IMG/VR virus record: IMGVR_UViG_3300042445_002020
Strand: one strand, 5' to 3'
DNA length: 20,000 bases
From: an uncultured virus (IMG/VR IMGVR_UViG_3300042445_002020)
Lineage: Duplodnaviria > Heunggongvirae > Uroviricota > Caudoviricetes
In this document: positions 8,581 to 15,239 of the stretch, in pieces
How positions within the stretch are numbered: position 1 is the first letter of the stretch
How the letters are laid out: each line of letters begins with the position of its first letter
The notes under the pieces: generated by a model
Told to the model about the DNA's origin: nothing
Databases searched by the model: none
What the model saw: only the letters and a program-made list of their open reading frames with translations
Translations under genes and position numbers: made by a program

Positions 8581-8624
8581 AAAAAAAATATCGGACAAAA
8601 CAAAATAGTCCTATCCGATATTTT
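8581..8624 (-). terminator. Probable intrinsic terminator of the MGCGCK gene
   Basis: Perfect 11-bp inverted repeat AAAATATCGGA (8585-8595) / TCCGATATTTT (8614-8624) with an 18-nt loop, ending in a T8 run on the minus strand, 2 nt after the stop at 8627. Confidence 0.7.
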
Positions 8625-8626
8625 AC

Positions 8627-8791
8627 CTACGCTTGAGGTTGTTGATTATTTTTTGGTGGGGCTGATTCAACTCTAACCGAAAATATATCATCAGTTTGGG
8701 GAACATCTTGTGTCGGTTCCTCAATTTTAATTGTTAATGGTACCGATTCAATCGGTTGTTCTTCGTTTCTTTTTTTACATCCGCATCCCAT
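8627..8791 (-). CDS. Small protein (54 aa) with N-terminal MGCGCK motif; not in ORF track
   Basis: Hand translation MGCGCKKRNEEQPIESVPLTIKIEEPTQDVPQTDDIFSVRVESAPPKNNQQPQA*. Flanked by an upstream ATATTTATA motif and a downstream terminator. Confidence 0.75.
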   Translation of the reverse strand: MGCGCKKRNEEQPIESVPLTIKIEEPTQDVPQTDDIFSVRVESAPPKNNQQPQA

Positions 8792-8807
8792 AGTTTGTGT
8801 GTTTTTT

Positions 8808-8816
8808 TATAAATAT
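8808..8816 (-). promoter_or_regulatory. ATATTTATA motif, candidate phage-specific (late?) promoter
   Basis: 16 nt upstream of the MGCGCK ATG. Variants lie upstream of DUF192 (9924-9932), the basic peptide (13238-13246) and iscU (18191-18198). Confidence 0.5.
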
Positions 8817-8848
8817 TTTGGTTTATTGGTTTTTATTTCTTAACTTTA
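8817..8848 (+). promoter_or_regulatory. Bacteroidota-type sigma-A promoter (near consensus)
   Basis: TTTG (8817-8820), 20-nt spacer, TAACTTTA (8841-8848; consensus TAnnTTTG), upstream of the DNA methyltransferase. Confidence 0.55.
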
Positions 8849-8881
8849 ATAAAAATATATAAAATTTAAATCAAAAAAGAA

Positions 8882-9625
8882 ATGGAAAAAGATTTTAAAC
8901 CCGTAAAAAGTGTGTATAATTCAAACGATGAGGTAATAAAAAACATCATGGGGTTGTACAACATAGTACAATTTGACCTAGATTGTACGTACTCAACAGG
9001 TAATTTTTGGAAGAATCTACCCGCGCCCAAACATAAGTCGGACCTTTTTCCAAAAAACGATACCATCATTAGGGCTAGTTCTGAAAATCTACCATTCGAT
9101 GATAACTCAATGAAGAGTGTAATGTACGACCCACCATTTGTAATTGCAGGTAAATCCTACAAAGATAATAAAGATGGGAGTTCGATCATAGCAAAAAGAT
9201 ACGAAGGTTATGAAACTTATGGTCATTTAATGAAAAATTATTATAATACCTTAAAGGAATTGTATAGAATCACAGAAAAGGATGGAATTGTGGTGTTTAA
9301 GTGTCAAGATACCGTATCAGGAGGAAAAAATCACTTTACACACTCAATGGTTATGGATATGGCAATGGAATTCGGATTCTATCCAAAGGATTTGTTTATC
9401 TTGGTGGCCAACCTAAGAATTAATAGTTTTGGGACTAAGTGGACAAAACAAGAACATGCACGTAAATACCATTCATATTTTTGGGTATTCCAAAAGACTA
9501 AACCAAAAGTAAAATATGATTTCTCAAATATTGAACCGTATTCGGATGAGGTAACTATCGAACAGGATTCTGAGGTGTCCCAAGGTACATTCCAACACGA
9601 TCACCTACTTTCCAACCCTCTGTAG
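8882..9625 (+). CDS. DNA amino-methyltransferase (N6-adenine/N4-cytosine), apparently orphan
   Basis: DCTYSTGNFW (motif I variant), VMYDPPF (motif IV), ELYRITEKDGIVVFK. No restriction enzyme is recognisable next to it. Confidence 0.8.
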   Translation: MEKDFKPVKSVYNSNDEVIKNIMGLYNIVQFDLDCTYSTGNFWKNLPAPKHKSDLFPKNDTIIRASSENLPFDDNSMKSVMYDPPFVIAGKSYKDNKDGSSIIAKRYEGYETYGHLMKNYYNTLKELYRITEKDGIVVFKCQDTVSGGKNHFTHSMVMDMAMEFGFYPKDLFILVANLRINSFGTKWTKQEHARKYHSYFWVFQKTKPKVKYDFSNIEPYSDEVTIEQDSEVSQGTFQHDHLLSNPL

Positions 9626-9920
9626 TTCCAGCAGGAAATTCGATGACGTGGTCACCAATACCCGCGTATTTCGGTGGATTCATACGATGTCGGTCAGGCG
9701 CAGGACAATTAGAATGAATTTGATTTATTCTATTATTGAGAACGAAGACAATATCAAGTGGGATAAGGCAATTCTTCATCCAAAATGAATGGTGACCCTT
9801 ACCCATTTTAAAGACCATACAACCCTCTAATGAATCTCTACCCATCATACCCTTACGGATATCTTCTGAGTTAGATAAGTACTCAGCTTGAAATGTTTTG
9901 TTATTGATGTGAACTGACAT
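9555..9920 (-). CDS. DUF192 (UPF0127) family protein
   Basis: KGMMGR, GCMVF, SFWMKNCLIPLDIVF, VIEFPAG and KVGDRV signature. Confidence 0.85.
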   Translation of the reverse strand: MSVHINNKTFQAEYLSNSEDIRKGMMGRDSLEGCMVFKMGKGHHSFWMKNCLIPLDIVFVLNNRINQIHSNCPAPDRHRMNPPKYAGIGDHVIEFPAGTTEGWKVGDRVGMYLGTPQNPVR

Positions 9921-9931
9921 AACTATAATTA

Positions 9932-9963
9932 TTTGGAATTACCAAAAGAATTTTATATATTTG
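9932..9963 (+). promoter_or_regulatory. Bacteroidota-type sigma-A promoter (perfect consensus)
   Basis: TTTG (9932-9935), 20-nt spacer, TATATTTG (9956-9963). ATG follows at 9968. Confidence 0.75.
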
Positions 9964-9967
9964 AAAT

Positions 9968-10174
9968 ATGGAAACAATATTCGGTGGTTTAATTGAATTT
10001 GAAGATATTGATGAGTTCGATCAATTTGTGCGCGATATCGATAAAGAATCCGCATTGGCAATAATTGGAAAGGCGTTGGACTTCTGTAATCAAAATAGGA
10101 TGTTTAACCTAATGGAAGCCAATACGTTATATAAATGTTTAACTAAATTAAAAGAAGATGCAAATAAAGATTAA
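9968..10174 (+). CDS. Hypothetical protein
   Basis: 68 aa directly after the promoter; overlaps the next gene. Confidence 0.7.
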   Translation: METIFGGLIEFEDIDEFDQFVRDIDKESALAIIGKALDFCNQNRMFNLMEANTLYKCLTKLKEDANKD

Positions 10175-10337
10175 GGAAATTATCTACATAATGATGATAT
10201 TGACTGGAATATTAGTTCAGAAGTATGGACTTAAAGGTGCCGACCCCGAGTTAGTGAAATATTTTGGTTGGGGTGTCATATCACTTGGTTCATTTAACCT
10301 TGTGTTAGATTATATTAGAAAACCTAAAAAGAAATGA
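10158..10337 (+). CDS. Small membrane protein (59 aa, two hydrophobic segments, basic C-tail); not in ORF track
   Basis: Hand translation MQIKIKEIIYIMMILTGILVQKYGLKGADPELVKYFGWGVISLGSFNLVLDYIRKPKKK*. ATGA overlap with the next gene. Confidence 0.7.
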   Translation: MQIKIKEIIYIMMILTGILVQKYGLKGADPELVKYFGWGVISLGSFNLVLDYIRKPKKK

Positions 10338-10642
10338 AAAATTATTTATTAATTTTATTTTTTCAAATTATGTTTAACATTTTCAAAGTGTTAGAGATAA
10401 AATATACATACGAAAACAAACTTAAAGCGTTATTACTCAATAGTGTTTGGATAAATCTAATGGCTTTAGGTTCTGCATATTATTCGTTGGATGGTATGTT
10501 TAAAGGTGATTTTTACGGAATCATTTTTTACATTTTAGGTAGTGTCATTGGTAAATGGATTGCAATGACTCAGTATGAAAATTATCGTTCTAAGATTTAT
10601 TCATTGTTTAATAAAAAAGAAGATGAAAAAGAAATATTGTAA
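10334..10642 (+). CDS. Membrane protein (about 3 TM)
   Basis: Three hydrophobic stretches and a charged C-terminus; loosely like DUF5698/UPF0316-type membrane domains. Confidence 0.7.
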   Translation: MKNYLLILFFQIMFNIFKVLEIKYTYENKLKALLLNSVWINLMALGSAYYSLDGMFKGDFYGIIFYILGSVIGKWIAMTQYENYRSKIYSLFNKKEDEKEIL

Positions 10643-10823
10643 AGATTTTTTTATCTATAAGAAGAGACACCATTGGTTTTTAATACCAACAATTGTTTTT
10701 TTTTATAATAAAACCGAGTTCCTTGAAACTGGTGTCTACACACCTTCTTGGGGATTAACAGTTAGATGGTTAACATATATGATGGGCATTCAAATACAAG
10801 AATTATATAAACATGGAAAATAG
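10623..10823 (+). CDS. Hypothetical protein
   Basis: Likely start ATG 10623 (MKKKYCKDFF); overlaps both neighbours. Confidence 0.6.
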   Translation: MKKKYCKDFFIYKKRHHWFLIPTIVFFYNKTEFLETGVYTPSWGLTVRWLTYMMGIQIQELYKHGK

Positions 10824-11181
10824 AGATACTAGTGTATTAACATTCGGGGCAATTGTTTCCTTATTTGGGGTATGTGTTTCATTAATGTATTTTAATGATA
10901 AACCCACACCCGTTGTGACAACTACAATCTGTAAGGAAGATTCATTACAAAACGTAATTAATGAATTACAAATGGATTTGAAAATGCAATCAGATGGATT
11001 TGATTCTAAAGAAAAAAGATATTCTGAAATTTTATTTGAGTATGAATATGGGCTTGACCATTTAAAAAATTACCAACCACAATCATATAGAGAGTTTCAC
11101 AGAATTTTAGCTCATAAAGAAAATTTCAGCAGACAAGACGAACAAGATAACATAAAAAGGTTAGAATCACCAAAATGGTAA
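10813..11181 (+). CDS. Hypothetical protein with N-terminal TM anchor and coiled coil
   Basis: Hydrophobic VLTFGAIVSLFGVCVSLMYF followed by a heptad-like segment. Confidence 0.7.
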   Translation: MENRDTSVLTFGAIVSLFGVCVSLMYFNDKPTPVVTTTICKEDSLQNVINELQMDLKMQSDGFDSKEKRYSEILFEYEYGLDHLKNYQPQSYREFHRILAHKENFSRQDEQDNIKRLESPKW

Positions 11182-11183
11182 AC

Positions 11184-12368
11184 ATGAATAGATTAGATAA
11201 AAGATATCAAGATTTATTAGAAGATATTTTAGATAATGGAGTCGTAAAAACGGACAGAACAGGTACTGGAACTATTTCAGTATTTGGTAGACAAATTAAA
11301 CACAAGATGTCACAAGGGTTTCCATTACTTACCACAAAGAAGATGGCATGGAAGACAATGGTAACCGAATTACTATGGTTTTTAAAAGGTGACACCAACA
11401 TCAAATATCTTGTTGATAATGGTTGTAACATTTGGAATGGGGATGCTTATAAGAATTATACCAAAGAAGTGAATGAAATTATTGATGGATACAAATGTGG
11501 TGATATTATGGGAATGCAAGACCACATTGAAAAACTATTCAGTAACTCGGATTTGTTAATACCTTTAACACAAGAGGAATTTATTAATCTAATTAAAATA
11601 GATAATGAGTTTGCAAAAGAGTTTGGTGAGTTAGGTCCAATCTATGGTAAACAATGGAGAAGGTGGAGAGAAGGTGAGTACACTACTCCGTTAGGGTTAG
11701 ATGGCCCTTCAATATGGAAAGAAGGCATTGACCAAATACAAAACTTAATTGATGAACTAAAAACAAATCCCGATAGTAGAAGATTGATGGTATCAGCTTG
11801 GAATGTCGGTGAGTTAGAACATATGGTTCTTCCACCTTGTCATTACGGATTTCAACTCTACACTAGAAAATTAACTGGAGAAGAGATGTGGGATTTATTA
11901 AAGAAAAAAGTGGGAGAAGAGAAGTTCCAATCAATGATAGATGACATTGTTCCGTTTGGTGGCGGGTTAAGTGAGGAATTGGAATCTTATAGGATACCTA
12001 AACGAGCAATATCATTAATGTGGAACCAACGTTCAGTCGATACATTCTTAGGTTTACCATTCAATATTGCATCATATGGTTTGTTATTAGAGATTCTTGC
12101 AAATGAAGTTAATATGATACCAGAAGACCTAATAGGTAACTTAGGAGATGTTCATTTGTATTCTAACCACATTGAACAAGCTAAAGAACAAATTGGTAGA
12201 GAACCATATAAGAACTTGCCAGTGCTAAAGTTTAGTCCAATACAATTGGCACATTTTGAACATCATAGGGATACCTTTGAAGACCACATAAAAGAATCAC
12301 AACCATATCAATTCATAATTGAGGGGTACGAATCACACCCATCAATAAAAGCCCCATTAAGTAATTAA
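11184..12368 (+). CDS. thyA: Thymidylate synthase with large insertions
   Basis: DRTGTGT, FPLLTTKK, ELLWFL, LGPIYGKQWR, PDSRR, LPPCH (catalytic Cys), QRSVD, GLPFNIASY, GDVHLYSNH. Start is 11184 or 11175. Confidence 0.95.
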   Translation: MNRLDKRYQDLLEDILDNGVVKTDRTGTGTISVFGRQIKHKMSQGFPLLTTKKMAWKTMVTELLWFLKGDTNIKYLVDNGCNIWNGDAYKNYTKEVNEIIDGYKCGDIMGMQDHIEKLFSNSDLLIPLTQEEFINLIKIDNEFAKEFGELGPIYGKQWRRWREGEYTTPLGLDGPSIWKEGIDQIQNLIDELKTNPDSRRLMVSAWNVGELEHMVLPPCHYGFQLYTRKLTGEEMWDLLKKKVGEEKFQSMIDDIVPFGGGLSEELESYRIPKRAISLMWNQRSVDTFLGLPFNIASYGLLLEILANEVNMIPEDLIGNLGDVHLYSNHIEQAKEQIGREPYKNLPVLKFSPIQLAHFEHHRDTFEDHIKESQPYQFIIEGYESHPSIKAPLSN

Positions 12369-12369
12369 C

Positions 12370-12618
12370 ATGTTTATCCACATTACACCAGACGAATTAG
12401 AAGAAGAATTTAGAGAGTCATGGAAATTAGGACATATTATACACCCATCGATTGATTATGCCGATAATGCAATTTATGCCGTTTTTGAAGGTAAATTGGT
12501 AATAATATTCAGATTTAAGAAGTATGGGTGGATTAATGATAACCGACAGAATACTTACAATGTGAGTGCAGGGTCTGCGGGAATAACAATTAATATAATA
12601 AAAAATGAAAGAAATTAA
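12370..12618 (+). CDS. Hypothetical protein
   Basis: 82 aa, 1 nt after the thyA stop, overlapping the next gene. Confidence 0.7.
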   Translation: MFIHITPDELEEEFRESWKLGHIIHPSIDYADNAIYAVFEGKLVIIFRFKKYGWINDNRQNTYNVSAGSAGITINIIKNERN

Positions 12619-13090
12619 AATTTTAGTAATATTAATGTTCACATTGAATATTAATTCTATGGCACAAAATCAATTTTCAGATTATGTGACTCATTTAAAG
12701 AACGACACCACTAATTTAAAACTAAAACGATTGGAATCATTTGTCATGGAATGGTATGGGATTAGATATAAATTCGGAGGATCAACCAAAAACGGTATAG
12801 ATTGTTCACAATATACCAAAAAACTATATTGGGAGGTCTATGGAAAGAAATTAGGGAACAATTGTGCAGAACAATGGAAACAAACCACAAGAATCAAAAA
12901 GGATAGTTTAATGGTCGGGGATATTGTATTTTTTATGAGTAAAGAAAGCCCAAGTGGGTGGCATTGCGGTCTTTATTTAGGAAAAGATATGTTTTCACAT
13001 GCTGCGAATATAAAAGAAGGGGTCAAGATAAGTAGCTTATCCGAACCCCGTTACCTTCGTTCATATAAGGGTGCTGGACGTTTTAACTAA
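12605..13090 (+). CDS. NlpC/P60 (C40) cell-wall peptidase with signal peptide
   Basis: YKFGG, GIDCS (catalytic Cys), GDIVFF, WHCGLY and FSHA (Cys-His-His). Hydrophobic N-terminus ending SMA-Q. Confidence 0.9.
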   Translation: MKEIKILVILMFTLNINSMAQNQFSDYVTHLKNDTTNLKLKRLESFVMEWYGIRYKFGGSTKNGIDCSQYTKKLYWEVYGKKLGNNCAEQWKQTTRIKKDSLMVGDIVFFMSKESPSGWHCGLYLGKDMFSHAANIKEGVKISSLSEPRYLRSYKGAGRFN

Positions 13091-13221
13091 CGACCTTGAC
13101 CTCTATATTTCTTCGGTTTTTGAGCTTTTGGACCCCAAGATTTTTGGGCTTTTCCATTTTTTCTTTTACCGAAGGTGACCTTCATTGAAGATGCACCACC
13201 TTTACCCTTAGCTTTTGCCAT
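13087..13221 (-). CDS. Small highly basic peptide (44 aa) ending KKYRGQGR; not in ORF track
   Basis: Hand translation MAKAKGKGGASSMKVTFGKRKNGKAQKSWGPKAQKPKKYRGQGR*. Fills the intergenic gap; its TAG overlaps the convergent NlpC/P60 TAA; ATACTTATA motif upstream. Confidence 0.8.
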   Translation of the reverse strand: MAKAKGKGGASSMKVTFGKRKNGKAQKSWGPKAQKPKKYRGQGR

Positions 13222-13263
13222 AATATTTACGTTTTTATATAAGTATTTTATTATTTTTTTTCA

Positions 13264-13271
13264 TAAATTTG
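13264..13271 (+). promoter_or_regulatory. Bacteroidota -7 box
   Basis: TAAATTTG matches TAnnTTTG, 19 nt upstream of ATG 13291. No clear -33 TTTG. Confidence 0.4.
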
Positions 13272-13290
13272 TTGAAATTAATTTAATCCA

Positions 13291-15192
13291 ATGGAAGACA
13301 TTATCACTCAAAGGTTCAATTACGCAACCATCACCGTATTTAAGGATTATTCTAAATTAATTGATAGGAAAGAGTTAATAAACTCCGTTTCCACTAATTT
13401 AGATTCACTTGATGGGTATGATGATTTATTTGAAAAAAATAAAAAAAATATTAGATTTTTCATTGATAATATACGTAGACCCACAACAGGTAGGATAGTT
13501 GATTTCCCCGAAAAAGTCGGTAAAAGAAAAACCAAGTTTTTTTATGGGGAATCGGAAGTAAATGAAACAACAACCATAAACTACGCAATTAGAAACTTTC
13601 AAACAAGAGACGATAGACACATTAAACGACACTATGGTAATGCGTTTAGTGAGATATCGGTAACCACAATTGAACGTTCAATTAGAAAACATGGAGATAA
13701 GATAACAATAAAAGTTTATCGTAATCATAGTCATAGAGATTTTAATAACATCTATTTCAGAAAATCATTAAGTGTTGAATCGGTAACCTTCAACCTTAAA
13801 ACAGGTAATTTTACCACACTTAGCATGAATAAAAGTGGTAAGAAAACAAGCAAAACATTTAGAACTAACAATTTCAATTTTTTGGATATGCAATTCAAAG
13901 ATGGTGGAATTTTAAACATGAGAAAATGTTTAGATGATGACTCAGTTCTTCTGAAAGAATATAATGAAACATTTAATAATACCGATTTTATTTATGAGAT
14001 AGATAAAATATTCAATCTTAATCAAAATTTTAGTTTTAATGGTACGTGGTTCTGTCAATTAATGTTAGAACGTTTTGTCGAATTGAAAAAAATTAAAGTA
14101 TCAAACAACTACGAATATTGGATTAAGAAATACTACCCAACTGAAAAATTCCTAAAGAAAAACGATAGGAAACTCATCGCATCAATTTTAGATCTATTTG
14201 AAATCAAATCTAAAATTACAATTAAATTAATGCACGAGAATAGTAAAATGGATATTAATTCGTTGGCTCGTCTATGTTATTTTTTTGGTGATAACTTCTC
14301 AAAATACATTGGCAGCATTGAAACGAGACATTTTTTGAATACATCAAACGAAAGTAGTTATTCAGATGGTGGACATCCTAAATTTAAGTTCGCTAAAGAA
14401 TTTAAAAACCACGAGTTTCAAATCAGTAATAACGAAAAAGAAAATATTGTTAAAATTCTTAACAATTTAAATTGTGAAGTTAAAGGTTACCAAAGAATAA
14501 TATTAACTCATGAAAAAGAAACATTAATTAACCCGAGGTTTGTTGGTGATTTACATGACCATTTTAATATGATTAAAAAGTTACGTGAATTCATTCCCGA
14601 TTTACAACTAAGGGCTAAGAACATTGATGACTTTGATAAGGAACATGTTGAATTATCTAAAATGATGAAGTTCATTAAAAAGGGTTATGTTATTGAATAT
14701 CGATTTGCAGATAAAATGGTTGAGGATGTTGAATCACCAATTAAAGTTAAGATTAATTTAAGTGATGATGAATCAAAACCAGAGTGGGTTACACCCGAAT
14801 ATTATCCTCACATTTTAAAAAGAGAAGAGGAATACGATGAAGAGGGTAGATTCATGCATCATTGTGTGGCATCATATTCTGATAAAGACAGGTCAATTAT
14901 TATTTCAGTAAGAACTGACGATGGTAAAGATAGAGTAACCTGTGAGTTTGATTGTCAAACCGGTAATATGATTCAGGCAAGACACTTCTGTAATGCACAA
15001 CCACCCGCAGATATTGCTTTAGCTATTGAACAATTGAAAAGGAAAGCAACAACCTACGCGAGAATGGGAATTTTACATTGTATTGAAAGTAAAAAGGTAC
15101 CGGTTAAAATTAATGGAATTGAGGTAATCCCAGAAAAGAAAGAACCAATAGCACAAAGTACATTCGATAGACTATTTGAACCCCAATTTTAA
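13291..15192 (+). CDS. PcfJ-like domain protein (paralog 1)
   Basis: 633 aa; C-terminal EEYDEEGRFMHHCVASY...IISVR...RVTCEF...QARHFCN fits the PcfJ-like signature EGxxMxHCVxxY. Confidence 0.75.
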   Translation: MEDIITQRFNYATITVFKDYSKLIDRKELINSVSTNLDSLDGYDDLFEKNKKNIRFFIDNIRRPTTGRIVDFPEKVGKRKTKFFYGESEVNETTTINYAIRNFQTRDDRHIKRHYGNAFSEISVTTIERSIRKHGDKITIKVYRNHSHRDFNNIYFRKSLSVESVTFNLKTGNFTTLSMNKSGKKTSKTFRTNNFNFLDMQFKDGGILNMRKCLDDDSVLLKEYNETFNNTDFIYEIDKIFNLNQNFSFNGTWFCQLMLERFVELKKIKVSNNYEYWIKKYYPTEKFLKKNDRKLIASILDLFEIKSKITIKLMHENSKMDINSLARLCYFFGDNFSKYIGSIETRHFLNTSNESSYSDGGHPKFKFAKEFKNHEFQISNNEKENIVKILNNLNCEVKGYQRIILTHEKETLINPRFVGDLHDHFNMIKKLREFIPDLQLRAKNIDDFDKEHVELSKMMKFIKKGYVIEYRFADKMVEDVESPIKVKINLSDDESKPEWVTPEYYPHILKREEEYDEEGRFMHHCVASYSDKDRSIIISVRTDDGKDRVTCEFDCQTGNMIQARHFCNAQPPADIALAIEQLKRKATTYARMGILHCIESKKVPVKINGIEVIPEKKEPIAQSTFDRLFEPQF

Positions 15193-15204
15193 CTACACAA
15201 TGTC

Positions 15205-15239
15205 AATAAATCCATATATATTTTGTATATGGATTTATT
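15205..15239 (+). repeat. Perfect 14-bp inverted repeat enclosing the start codon of PcfJ-like paralog 2
   Basis: AATAAATCCATATA (15205-15218), loop TATTTTG, TATATGGATTTATT (15226-15239). ATG is at 15229. Confidence 0.85.

Noticed and set aside
8547..8603. N-terminal extension of ORF 8349-8603 (similarly 8348-8380, 2550-2585, 5480-5533, 10575-10622 and 17716-17805)
   Set aside because: The extensions run through a terminator, promoter region or upstream gene. Downstream ATGs give clean coupling and family-typical N-termini.
11184..12368. thyA as a dCMP/dUMP hydroxymethylase feeding DNA glycosylation, or as containing an intein or intron
   Set aside because: It retains the dUMP-specifying Asn (PFN) and all canonical ThyA motifs. 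The inserts are short and in frame and lack intein C/S...HN termini or homing-endonuclease motifs.
13087..13221. Calling the basic peptide a known ribosomal protein (bS21, bL34, Thx) or ArfA
   Set aside because: Only the composition is similar; the specific family motifs are not recognisable.
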